Assembly: GCF_036321535.1 (NCBI RefSeq)
Contig: NC_087436.1
Coordinates: 117,430,001 to 117,494,000 of the forward strand
DNA: 64,000 bases
Origin: Camelus dromedarius
Lineage: Eukaryota
Reading direction: 5' to 3'
In this document: positions 25,121-36,838 of the stretch, one piece after another
How positions within the stretch are numbered: the stretch's first letter is position 1
Layout: each line of letters begins with the position of its first letter
Made by a program: the position numbers and the translations under genes
The notes under the pieces: model-generated
Databases searched by the model: none
What the model was told of the DNA's origin: nothing
What the model saw: only the letters and a program-made list of their open reading frames with translations

Positions 25121-25572
25121 AAACCGAACAAGGAAGAAGTCAGGGTAGCTCGGCAACGGCCGGAGCACGTGCTGAATTAGAAGAGAACAGAGCACTGGTG
25201 ACAAAAGTTTGGATGAAAACACCACGATCAACGCCAAGTAGGTTATTTCCACGCAGACCCCCCACCCACTCTCTGTGTGTAAGCACAGAGACATTCTGGA
25301 AGGATGCTCAGAGAACATTCACCCTGATGGGATTCCAAAATCTTTCAGAGTTTAGGGATTTAAGGAAAAGAATAAACACCGAAATCCAAATCCATCTCTG
25401 CTGGTCAGGTCACAGCAGGCTCCCCATTCACCACATTCAGGCTCAGCTGTCTGTTAACCCTGCTGGCTAGGGAGCAAGAGAGGAGGGATCAGACAGGGAG
25501 TGGATGGGTGGGCAGCACAGAACCTGACATAAACTTCTTAATCTCTAATACTGAAGCCTAGCAGTTTGGGGA

Positions 25573-25772
25573 AAGGGTTCCCAAACTTTTCCATACTGAT
25601 GTGAGGCTGCAGACCACCCGCTTCCTGGCCTAACTACTCGGGGCTGTCCTTGTGGCCTGACAGCAGCCAGAGACAACATGGAAACAAGCGGGCGTGGCTG
25701 TGTGCCAGTAAAATTTACAAAGAGGCCTGGGGCTGGGCTTGACCCGCGGGCAGTAATTTGCGAACCCCTGCT
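25573..25772. mobile_element. MER58A-like hAT-Charlie fossil
   Basis: gggttcccaaactttt...gcagccagagacaacatg...gggcgtggctgtgtgccagtaaaa...aatttgcgaacccctgct. Confidence 0.7.
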
Positions 25773-26129
25773 TTAGAGGATTTCATTCCAGATGTGATGT
25801 CAACACAGATGGAACTCACAGACCAGGTACCTCAAGCTCAGGGGCCTAAGAATGTCATCTGGTTCTCAGGGCGATCAGACATAGGGCCCAGAAGTGCAGC
25901 TGATGACCACCAGTCCAAATGTCTTAGTTAAGATAAGAGGGTCTCACCTGCTCCTCAGGCTGGACTGGCAGAGTTTGTTAGTCCTTTGTGAACAGCAGAT
26001 TTTCCCTCCCAAGACTGTTAACTCAGTAAGCTAGTCAGTATCAGGAAATTCACGTTTAAACTCTATCATTAAAGACAGTAATTATTTGGTTTCCAGGAAA
26101 ATACAGAATTTCCACATAGATGGCATTTG

Positions 26130-26265
26130 TTGTTTCTTTTTTGGGGGGTAATTAGGTTTATTTATTTTTATTTACTTATGTATTTTTTAATGGAGGTTCT
26201 GGGATTGAACCCAAGACCCTGTGCATGCTAAGCACGCGCTCGGCCACTGAGCTGTAAACTGCCCT
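26130..26265 (-). mobile_element. tRNA-Ala-derived camelid SINE (Vic-1-like)
   Basis: gggggtaattaggtttatttatt...tggaggttctgggattgaacccaagaccctgtgcatgctaagcacgcgctcggccactgagctgta. Confidence 0.85.
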
Positions 26266-26827
26266 GAATTTGGCTTTTCATTCTCCTACTTTCCGTTCTG
26301 AATCTTTCCTCCAGCTACTATTCTGTAAATGGTGACTAACATTCTGGAACTTATACCTCTCAGTAAATTAGGGATTTTGTTGCTTTTGCCATTTTTATTG
26401 TATATATATTTTATTTAAGTAGCAAATTCCTCATATTTATGAAAATGCCTTCTTTGGAGGCCCAATTCTGATGACTGATAGACATCACAGATTAACATGG
26501 CTGGAGTTATAAAAGTTGCATCATCACTAGCAGATACAGATTAGAAAGCTTCTGTTCAGTCTCGTAGCCAAGGGAAAGTCAGTGAGAATTTGGAAATATT
26601 TTTCAAGAGATCTGCAAAACGTATGAATTAAAGACAAAATATGCTGTAACTGTATTAAAAGAGAAATGAACTCTTTTTCAAGGTTTAGTTGCTCAACCTT
26701 AGTCTATACTATGACGTGACGTGTCTGGGTCTCATCTGCGTGGACAATGCGTTTATTCTGAGCTCCTTAGGCTTCCAAGGGAAGCAGATGTCAGATGAAG
26801 CTGCTGGATGAGTCAGAAAGACCTTAC

Positions 26828-26942
26828 CTGAATCCAAGCCTGCTGCTTAACATCGCCTTTGTGGGTTTTACCTTCGTAACCTTTGCCGCCGTACTTTTGA
26901 TCTTCGGTTATGCATTTCACATGGTTTTTATAGTCGTCACCC
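26828..26942 (-). CDS. LYAR: LYAR coding exon 2
   Basis: cctttcag|...|gtaagg; 115 nt; encodes (W)GDDYKNHVKCITEDQKYGGKGYEGKTHKGDVKQQAWIQ, completing the second C2HC finger. Confidence 0.97.
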
Positions 26943-28300
26943 CTGAAAGGCACAGAAAGTTCCACCATTAGAATGGTTCTCAAATTGGAGCCTCTGTCTA
27001 ACACTAGCCTGCTGCCCCGCCTTCTGCAGGCCACACTGACATTCACGTCTGTCCACAGCCCGGCCGCCCCACCTTTCACTTACCATGCTGATAACCTCCT
27101 GGTCCTACCACACCTTCCTTCTTCCCAACTGTTCAAACCCATCACCAAACTTTCCACCCATTTTTATATACAAATGTCTTAAAATCAAATTGACAGGCAG
27201 TATTTTTTAAAGTCTTAAGTGAATATATACTAAATAAAAATTTTTAAAATTGTCTGCAATAGGGTGGCTCTGTCTTAAGTTACAAAATCGGTATGACTTC
27301 CTGGTAATATAGTAGGCAATCAACAATCAGTTGTAGAATAAATTAAAAGGCGGTGTAGAACAGCGCTATCAGGTCACTAAACAGTTCTGGAACTGAGAGT
27401 TAGAAAAAAAAAAGGAAACTGGATTCTGTCTCATATAGTGTTTTTTGGAGCTCTGTGAGGTCCTCAAGGGACTGTCTAGGACAATGTTGGGGGCAAAGTG
27501 ACCCAAGGAGAAACAACCCAACTTTCACCTGTTTTATATATCCTTCCTCCAAGGATCAGGTATGAACAAAGGGTTTAGCAGTTTCCATAAATAAATAAAT
27601 AGACAAATAAATAAATAAAGCAGCTTTAGAATGAAGTTAAAAGCAACTGTTAGCAAGCATCACTCAAATGCCACAGAGGCCATCAGGGCGGACGTGCCAA
27701 AAGCAGCCTTTTCACCTGACCCCCTGAAGCTGAGGGGAGTCAGCATTAAGACCGAGGTCAGTCACTTGCAAGGGTCCCTCCCTAAGAAACAGAGAATGAG
27801 CAAGGTCCACCCTGCCCCCTCCCCTAAGCCCTCAGCTTTCCAGAGACCCCTCAGTGGAACCACCTGACACACCAGGGGCCTGGAGGAGCTGCGCTCTGCC
27901 ATCACCTCCGATTTTCTAGAAGAGACCAAGTCTCTTCTCCCAGATGCCGCCTCCACGGTGAGCTAACAGCTAAAGGTCTGGAAACCTATCTCTTCACTGT
28001 GATTAGCATGCCACACCCTTGAAACCTTACTCCACATGGTCACCTCCCTGGGTCTGATAACCGTGGCAAGGAGATGATAGTAAGCGCCACTGAGAAATCA
28101 AATGCTCGAACCCATGATTCCCATTCCCTGGGTCTTCTCTTTAAATCCTCCTTCAAAAGCAAATGGTCCTCTAAGGCACTCTCAATTTTCCCCCTCAAAT
28201 TTGCCTCTTACTTTTTTTTAAAAAATGCTTTGTGGGGCCAGGGCTTCCAAAATTGCTCTGGACCCCCAATGTGGAGCTAGGTGAATTCTGTAGAACTTAC

Positions 28301-28422
28301 CAGAAGTCTTTACCGCAGTCAATGCAGGAAAGACATTCACAATTTCTGCAAAGAGCCACGTGCTTTTCCACTTGTACTTTCTTCACTGATTCGCCACATG
28401 CATTGCATGTAAAAAATACCAT
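28301..28422 (-). CDS. LYAR: LYAR (cell growth-regulating nucleolar protein) coding exon 1, LYAR-type C2HC zinc fingers
   Basis: ATG at 28422; encodes MVFFTCNACGESVKKVQVEKHVALCRNCECLSCIDCGKDF(W). Donor |gtaagt at 28300. The acceptor ttttttttag| gives an exon start at 28475 (53 nt of UTR). Spliced CDS totals 1167 nt = 388 aa plus stop. Confidence 0.97.
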
Positions 28423-28659
28423 TTTGAGCTAAATGATTAAATATTCTTTATCCAAGATAGGTTTTAAGTCTTGTCCTAAAAAAAAATGTTTTTAAAAAGG
28501 AAAAAAGAGAATTATCATTGTAATCTAAAACTTCTATTCCAAATATATGATTCAGACAGCCAACTTTTCCCATGAAAATAATAACACAACAGAATCAAAG
28601 TTGATTAGCAATTTACATAAAACACTACCATCATGTACATAAAATTATCACCAACAATA

Positions 28660-28885
28660 ATAAAAATGGCTAGCATTTGTTGAGTGCCTGCTTACTACAT
28701 GCTGGCCCTATTCTAAGAGCTTTATGCATATTAACTTATTTAATCCTCACAGCAACCCTATGAGGGAAGGACTATGATTGTTCACAATTTACAGGGGACA
28801 TTGAGGTTCAGAGAGTTTAAGTAACTTGCCCAAGGTCACACAGCAGCAGAATCAGGATTTAAACTTGGCAGGCTGGCTCTAGAAA
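28660..28885 (-). mobile_element. MIR SINE
   Basis: agcatttgttgagtgcctgcttact...atttaatcctcacagcaaccctatgagg...gaggttcagagagtttaagtaacttgcccaaggtcacacagc. Confidence 0.8.
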
Positions 28886-31002
28886 TGAAGTGTTTGGGGG
28901 CGTTAAGAAATATCCCACCTTTTCCAATAACTTTAAGCACACACATGCATTCCGTTTCTAATGCCTTTAGGTGTGCACTGCAAAGTATTTCAGGTTCCCA
29001 AATATAATACGAACGTAGCAAAAGGGGAATTAAGGGAGGTTTACAAAGTGGAGAAGAGGCCTAAAAACGATTTCTATAAGCACAGAAAGCATTCATTTGG
29101 CACAACTACGCATCCACAGGTGTTTGAGTATGAGGCAGTGTCCACCAGTTTTAGTGGACAGGAGTGGGTGTGGCTTCTTGTCGGATCAATCAGAAAGAAA
29201 TGGGACCATACCCAGGGGTCTCAATGCTGGGTGAACGGCTGGAGGGCGTCCCCAGACACAGGTGTCCGGAGCACTGCCCAAGATGAAGTGGGTCGCACGT
29301 TTAAAAATTTCACAGAGATGCTATTATGCTTAACAAAACATGAATTCATCTAAAAGTGTGACAGGAGTCATAGGAACTTGCCAGGGTTATATAATTTCTT
29401 AATCACCAGATTCTAAAAGAGTACTGTCACTTTACATGATAAATGAGTTTCACAGTAAAAATGGTGAGCAACTATTGAATCCAGCACCTTCCTCCTCACG
29501 ATGAAGATAAGAATCAAGTAATCTGATACAGTTTGTTCCAGGACAAGACCATCCGAGGGTCCTTCAGCACACGTGACTCCCGGTTTGTGGAGAATTTTCA
29601 TGGATGAAATCACCGGCTGTCCTCCACCCCTGTATTCTGAGTCACTGCTGGAGAGGACACACCTACCTGTGCAGGGATCAGGGCTGCTCCCACCCATTCA
29701 GCCTTGAATGGAAATGTACACCCCAGCTGCTCCTCCAGGGTTTACAAAGGCCCAGCCTGTGTCTCTTGGAGGCCTCTGGCCCGGCGGGGCACTGTCGGGT
29801 GTCAGTTTGCCTGATGCGCCACATACAAATCGCAGCCCCCTGACCCCAGACCCCCTCCTCAGCACACCACGGAGGGCTAACGAGGGAGGACACGTGGTCA
29901 GCTACAGCCTAACACTGAATCCAGAGGAAAGCAAACCTGAGTGTTCTGGGATGTGCACCAACCAAGAGCATCTTCTCACCTCATTATGATAGATTCGGGT
30001 GAAACAGTCACAAGTCCTGGGGAGCTGGCATCACGCGGACTGTGACCCACTCCCCCAAGGCTTAGCTTTCTGCACGCAGCAGAAGATGATCGTGAATGAC
30101 AGGCAGCAACCCCCCCCCACCGCCTCACAAGGAACACAAAGGCCAGAACAAGAGCCAACGGCACATTATCAAATACACAGTGTCCAGGGCACTTTGGTCC
30201 AAGAACAACCAGACCATCATTCAGTCACCAAGAGATGGACTGTCACACAACACACGAGGCAGAGAGCAGCTGTGATGAGCCAAACTGTCTGCCGAAAAAT
30301 GTAGAAGCACTTTCATAATGAGATTCAACGATGAAAAATGCCCCCTCAAATTTCAGCTATGGCCTAGAGCTTTCCAGCCTTCATTTTTGACGTCTATTCC
30401 GTATCTTGATCCAGGGGGAGGGGAGGAAGGCTTCCCTGAGCTTGGGAGATACAGTCTGCAATGGAAAGCCAGGAATTAAAGGCCCAAGAAGGACAGCTGG
30501 AAACAAAATTTATGGACTGAAAGGAGCCAGGGATGTTGACAAAAAGAATGCTCGGAATATCTGTTGAAAACATGTTTTCCCTCTGGGGATTAGCCACACA
30601 CAGTGTAAACATCAATTCAAGAGAGGATTAGAATTTGGTCACATGTCTATCAAAAAATACCTCTCCAACCGTTTGTTTTCTGTTGGTCTTTTTGGCATGT
30701 TCACTGAGAAATTTGTTTTTGTTTTTGTTTTTTAAGGCAAAATGGTAGCTTGCACTTAAGTCAGAACTCAGTCTCACAGTGCCTTCCTCTGGATTTTGAG
30801 AGCCACTGCTGTATTTTCACACTGGATCTTAAATGGGGGCTGTGTGGCCACCCGCTTGCTAAGGAGATAAGGTCTGTAAGGAGCTTACCCACCCCTAGCT
30901 TTCATTTATGCAGTAAACACTTGCAAGTGTGTATGTAGGGGGGGGGGGGAGGAGGTGCCTCAAACGACAGCAAACTCAAAACCACTCTAAGTGTATAGCA
31001 GA

Positions 31003-31325
31003 CAGGGTGTGCCAAGTCTTAGCGCAGGCTTAACAATTTTAGAAGTAGAAATGCTACAAACTTACAAAAAAGATGCCCTGTGAAAACACAGTCCCTCTAA
31101 TTGAAGATAGCAAGCATTACCTAAAACAAAAGCTTCAACTCATTCAAGTTTCAAAAACCCAATACATGTAGAAGAAATTTAGATAATTAAACTTTCAAAT
31201 GCTGAATTTGGTAAGTTTGTAACATTTGTACTTCTTCCTAGGCATATATCCAGAGGGAACCTTAATTTAAAAAGATACATGTACTTCAGAAGTTAGCAAA
31301 GCTGAAAGCATGCTGCCTTAAGTCC
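31003..31325. mobile_element. Tc1/mariner-like MITE fossil with inverted arms, interrupted by a short L1 fragment
   Basis: Starts cagggtgtgccaagtc. 31041-31068 is the reverse complement of 31208-31235 at 25/28 positions. Family assignment is from memory. Confidence 0.55.
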
Positions 31326-32704
31326 CTCCACTGGCTCAGGTGCCATATAGGTCAAGATCTTCCATTTAAAAATATTAGGACCCTAAGTCTTTATCCTAAA
31401 GCCAGGCCACACTGGGCAAGGAGACCATCTGTGTCACAGCAGAGGATGTTGGGTACTGGACAATCATGCTGAGCTGATGGGCAGCAGACAGCATCAGTGA
31501 GGGGCTGGGAACTTACGAAGCAATCCAGGCACCTCAGTCTTCTCTGATCCAGATGGTGACCCCAATCTGTTGACCTGGGCCTGGACTCAGGGCTAGCAGA
31601 TCCGAGCTGGAGCCCAATTCTGCCAATTAAACCTAAATGACCTCAAGGCACCTAACTTTCCCATAATCTGTTTATCTGTAAAATGGGTCTAACATCTAAG
31701 AGCATTACGTGGAAAATTAAAGATATGAGATGTGAAAGATTCATCCTTACCCAGAAGTAGGATTTCTTGTGACCTATTAATTTGCACATCAGTGATATTA
31801 CTTCCAGGCCCCTCCAAACTCATGCTTCTTTATATATGATCCTCAATCCACTCATCTATCTTTATAAACTCACTCTGGTCTCCTCTGGCTCCCATTGGTG
31901 CCTACGTTACTACCCCATTCCCTGAAAACATGAACTCAGGTTTGGTTCTGGAGTCACTCCAGGTTTGGAGTGACTTTTTTACCTTCCTTCCTACACATTT
32001 TTATATTGTTTATTTCTTATTTAAAAAAAAATAATTAACTATTCTTAAAGCATTCTTTCATGCACATACAGACCTAAATGCCATCATCACCACCACCACA
32101 ACAGCCTGCCTGAGGGGCCAAGCTGTCAACAGCCCCCAGTGAGCACTGTGACTTTGAACTTACATTCTCCCATCTGTACAACAATGGATCAGGCCAACTA
32201 GGCTGGCCCTGAGCCATTCATGGGGGATAGAACTCCAAGAAACCAAGGTTATGGTGAAAGGGACAGACAAGTACAAACTATCCATCATCCTACCTGAATC
32301 CCTGAATGTGGGGTGATGAGGATCTCAATGTGCACTCATGCAGGACCTCTCTCTCGCTCTTTGCAAAAAAAACACTAGGAGGCAGGTACACCATCTCCAC
32401 TTTACAGATGAGCCAACTGAGGCTGGGAGAAGTTGAGCCATGTCTCTGCCACCAAGTTCCAGTCTCACCCCTTCCCCACACCCTACATCACCAGCCCTGG
32501 TTTAAACAACATCCCTTCACTGGTGTAGCAACTATCTGTGGAAGCCGACCATGTCTCAGGCACTATACTAGGCACTGAGGGACTGGGGGCTCTGTGTGAA
32601 TGAGTCCCAAGTGGGCCCTCTCTGCAGGAAAGTCAGCCTTGCAAACATTCACACCCCACCTCATTCTCCTAACCAGGTCCTCAGAGGTAAGTGCTGCAGA
32701 AAAC

Positions 32705-32940
32705 GCTGACATTTATTGAGCACCTACTATGTCCCTAGCCCTGTCTTAGGTGCTTTAACACGTTTGTTCTCTTGTAATCCTCACAACAGTCCTCTGAGTT
32801 AGGTTCTGTATTATTCCCTTTTGACAGACAAGGCACAAAGAGGTTCAGTAACTTGCAGCAGGTCATACATCCAGTTAGTGGCAAACCACCATTCCTACGC
32901 AGCTGTCCTGGCCCCAAGTTCGTTCTCTCGACCACTATGC
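32705..32940 (-). mobile_element. MIR SINE
   Basis: acatttattgagcacctactatgt...taatcctcacaacagtcctctgag...aggcacaaagaggttcagtaacttgc. Confidence 0.75.
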
Positions 32941-33299
32941 CCTAAGGCCTCCTCCTGAGGGACTGAGCTCCCCAAGAATCAGAGAAGACAAGCGCCTTGT
33001 CTCCAACATGCAGCAAGCCTGAAGCCCAGCCTGGACCAACCATCCTGGTTGGAAACTGCTGTGGGGGTTCCGGACACGAGTACTTTTCCATTTTAAAACC
33101 CGGAGGAATTGGCCATCCTAAGTTCAGGACTCCTTCCACTTTCCCAGAGCACGAATAAGACCTGAATGGATTTCCTCCCACCATGCGTGCAAACCAAAGG
33201 AGGGACTCTAACGCTGGAAACGCAGGCATCGGCCACAGTGCACTCCCCGCCCCACTCTCTGAGCCTCCGAGGTCGGACCTCTGGGCCACAGCTCCTCAC

Positions 33300-33430
33300 C
33301 TCTCAGCCAGCGCCCGCCAACGGTTTCAACCGGCCCGGGAGAGCACGTGGGATCACCGCCGCCCGCCCAGCGGAGCCTCCACCTCCCTCCTGAGCTTCCC
33401 CGCGTAGAATTCGCTTCTGAGCCTCCCCGC
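33300..33430 (-). other. LYAR: Probable non-coding first exon of LYAR (5' boundary approximate)
   Basis: Strong minus-strand donor GAG|GTGAGG at 33299 at the edge of the CpG island. The TSS cannot be read from sequence. Confidence 0.65.
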
Positions 33431-33499
33431 GCGCCTGCGCGCCGCGGCCACACCCCCTTGGCGGAAGTGACGCATCCGGAAGCTGGAGGGCGGGTCCGG

Positions 33500-33618
33500 C
33501 CGGCCTTGTGGGCGTTGTCGGAATGGTTCCGCTGCCGGCAGAGCCGGGCCAGAGGCGCTGAGGGCTGCGACGGCGGCAGGTGAAGAGGAGGCGGCGGGAC
33601 GGGGAGCGGCCTCCGAGG
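33500..33618 (+). other. ZBTB49: Probable non-coding first exon of ZBTB49 (5' boundary approximate)
   Basis: Donor AGG|GTAAGG at 33619; alternative donors CAG|GTGAAG at 33580 and GGC|GTGAGT at 33791. Confidence 0.6.
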
Positions 33619-34399
33619 GTAAGGTGGTCGCCGGGCGGGTAGGCCGGCCTCGCGAGGGCGTGCGGGGTCCGGCGCGCGGGGAGCGGCCCGGAGTCCCGGC
33701 CGGGCTCCCGAGGGCCGGGCAGGGCATGGACCCGCGGCCGCCCGCGCATCCCCGGGCGCCGCGAGGGTCAGGGGAGCTGCCGGGTCCGGCGTGAGTTACC
33801 CCGCGGCCGCGCCGTGCTCTGGCTCAGAGACACGGAGGCCCAGTCCCGGTCCTGGAGCGGGGCCTTCTCCCTCGTGCAGCTCCCTCGGCCTGGAAGCCCA
33901 ACCCGGGGCCCTAGCCGACCTCCGGCTCGTTGCTCCCGGCCGCCCGGGACGCTGCAGGTCCCTCCCCGCCCTGGCTCCCCGGCTCCCGGCGCCCGTTTCC
34001 CCCATCACACTGTAGTTGAGGGTACTGCTTAAGACTACAGAGCTCCTAGCCAGCTGTCTCAGTGCCCAGCGACCTCTCTGTGCCTCAGTTCCGCTTCTGT
34101 AAAACGGGTGCAATAGCAGTTCCTACTCGGTGGGTTCCCGTAGGGCTTCACGAGTTGTGAAGGGAAAGCGCTCAGCAGAGTGCCTGCCGCTTAATGGCTT
34201 AACTACTCTTTCAGCCCTAAAGACAGGTCCGGCACACAGCGGTGGTCACTAAGTGTGTTGCTTGAATGAATAAATGAATGAAAGTTGAACGGGGGTATGA
34301 ACAGAGAATGGTAAGCAGCATTAGCCGTAGGGTGGGGGTCTGTGGGTGATAAGGAGGGTTTCACTCTGCAGGTGAGCAGTGTGGGGCCTGGAATAGAGG

Positions 34400-34780
34400 G
34401 TGTATGCGAGGGCCAGCCATAACGAAATACCATAGCCTAGGGGACTTGAACAACAGATTCTCACAGTTCTGGAAACTAGAACCAAGATCAAGGTGTCGAC
34501 AGGTTTGGTTGCTTCTGAGGCAGCTCTTGTTGGCTCGCAGACGCCCACCTTCTGGCGCTGTCCTCGCCTGGTCTTGCCTCTGTTCCAGCATCCTTGGTGT
34601 CTGTGTCCAGACTTCCTCTTATAGGAACATCAGTCAGATTGCATTGGGATCTACCCTAACTGCCCCCATTTTAACTTAATTACCTGTTTAAGGCCTGCTC
34701 TCCAAACACAGTCACGTTCTGAGGTCCTGGGTAAGACTTCAACATATGGATTTTTGGGGAACACAATTCAGCCCATAACA
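34400..34780 (-). mobile_element. MaLR LTR (MLT1A/B-like)
   Basis: gccataacgaaataccatagcctaggggacttgaacaacag...ctcacagttctggaaactag...caagatcaaggtgtc...acacaattcagcccataaca. Confidence 0.8.
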
Positions 34781-36334
34781 GAAGGAATTCACCAGAATGG
34801 ACAAGAAAGGAAAGACTGTCCAACAGAAGTGACAGAGGGGCCAAGAGGTTTGAAAGCAGGGTATGTTAGTGTGCAGGGCATGTATGTGCACCTCATCCTT
34901 GTTTGTGCTCTCCTGCAATTTTTTTTTTTTTATTCATTTGCTCCCTCTGAAAACTCAGGGTGAGCTCTCCTGGCACTCTCTGTGGCAAACTGAACTTTCA
35001 GGTTACAGCATAGATGTCTCTTCCTCCAGAAAGTTTTCTTCTGACCCTCATTCCCCAAATTAGTTTGTGCCTCCCCCATTTAATATCCCTGGTGCAGTGC
35101 TAGTCTTGTTTCTTCCACTGAACTGATGCTTCATGAAGGCCCGGATGACCATGTCTGAGTTGTTCACTGTCATACCTTAGTGCCCAACATATGATGGACA
35201 CTCAGTGGAGTTAAGTGAATGATGTGAAAACTGAGACACAGCCTAGGAAGGGCAGGGAGCAGTCCATCCTCAGTGGAGCAGCCTTCCATCCTCACCACAA
35301 TGTCTTACGCATATTAGGCACCCAACATTGGCTCAACTGGATTGGTCCGTATAGCATCCTAAGGTCATTGTAGTGCTGAGACAGGACTCCAGATTGTTTG
35401 CTGTAGCCAGTGGTTTTGTCATTAGGGTTGGGGCGGGGGGTTGGAAACAAGCCATTTGAAAAGCAGGGTGGCCAAAGTGGAAGGCAGGACCGCTCTAAGG
35501 CCAGTGCAGTGCTGAGGTGTGTACACTGTGGACCCTTGGAGAAGTCATCGATCAGTGACCTCACTGCACAGACTTCCACACATTCTTTCCTTTGGGGTTG
35601 GCCAGTGGGTAAATTGCCCCATAGAACAGAGGGACCTTTGCTCCTGGAGCACTTTCTACAGGATAAAGTTCCATTCTGACTCTTGTTCCCTTTGGAAGCA
35701 CCTCTTCATTCACATTTGCCTGAGTGTTTTCTTATGTTTTTCTTTTCCTCTTTTCCCATATTTACATTCCCTTTGATGCCATTGAATCCATCTTTCCACT
35801 GTCACATTCTTGGTATAGATTTATAGCGTTTAGAACAGAAAGATGCCCTAGAGACTATCTAACCCGATGAGAGACCCCTCCATTTTACAGATGAGAAAAC
35901 TGAGGCCCAGAGTCTCCATCATCCAGAAACCATGTATTGAGCACCGTTGGTGAGCAAAGCATTCTTCTAGGTATCAAAGATGTGTTGATCAACAAGGCAG
36001 GAGATATTTGTTCCTTGTCACCAAGTGAGTTAGCCGCAGAGACGGAGAGAGCCCCACACTCCTGGTATCCCAACACACAATGGCTATGTTGCACGCACTC
36101 ATCCTCACGTGCTGTGCTTTACTTTGGTGCTTATCTGTAGGGTCACCTGGACAATCAGGCATAGGTAGTAGACGGAAGAGGCTACTGATTTTATTCAAGG
36201 AAGGCCTTGGAGCTGTAGCATGTAATCCAGGGTGTTGGCTTAGCATGTGGGCCTTGGAGTCAGATTCTCTGTGTTTAAATCCCAACTCTGTCCCTTATTG
36301 ATGACCTATTATTAGCTGTGTCTGTAGCTCTGGT

Positions 36335-36838
36335 CAGGTTATCTATTGCTGTGTGCCAAACTACCTCAAAATGTAGTGACTTAAAAACTGTTTTATTTCA
36401 TCTCACAGTTCTGTGGGTCAGGAACTCAGGCATGGCTCCGCTGGGCAGTTCTTCAGCTCCACGTGGTGTGGGCTGGACGTGGTATTCGGCTGGAGGTGGG
36501 GCTGATCTGGAGCTTTCATTGTGGCTTTGCTCCCATATCTGGTACCTGGGAAGGGATGGCTGGAAGCCTGGGCTCACCTGAGCCCTTCTCCTGCTCTGTG
36601 TGTTCTCTCCAGCTGGGCGACTTACGGTCCCAGTGCCTACCCAGGCCTTCGAGAGCCAGTGTCCAAAAGATGGAAGGTGGAAGCTGTTGACTCATAGGGC
36701 CTGGGTCCAGAAGTGAGCACAGCTTTACCTGTTCTATTGATTAAGGCAGAGGCTGCTCAGGTTCAGGAAGAAGAGACCTAGATCCCACCTCCCCTAGGGA
36801 GGAGTGTCAGAGAAGTTGTGATCATCTTTAATCTACCA
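36335..36838 (-). mobile_element. MaLR LTR (MLT1F/G/H-like)
   Basis: ttatctattgctgtgtgccaaactacctcaaaatgtagtgacttaaaa...ctcacagttctgtgggtcaggaactcaggc...catctttaatctacca. Confidence 0.7.

Larger units (their letters stand above)
33220..34010. promoter_or_regulatory. Bidirectional CpG-island promoter shared by LYAR and ZBTB49
   Basis: Very CpG-rich. NRF1-like GCGCCTGCGC 33431-33440, KLF/SP GGCCACACCC 33446-33455, ETS-CRE GCGGAAGTGACGCA 33461-33474, second ETS CCGGAAG 33476-33482, E-box CACGTG 33344-33349. Divergent splice donors at 33299 (-) and 33619 (+). Confidence 0.9.

Noticed and set aside
24595..25470. Long K/R/E-rich and L/P/S-rich ORFs on both strands
   Set aside because: Translations of the stop-free (GGA/GAA)n tract
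26440..26530. Possible intronic C/D-box snoRNA in LYAR (GTGATGA on the minus strand at about 26527); similar C-box-like heptamers in ZBTB49 introns at about 45354 and 50522
   Set aside because: No properly placed D box (CTGA) or terminal stem downstream
33093..34113. Cluster of overlapping P/R/G/A-rich ORFs
   Set aside because: CpG-island composition artefact
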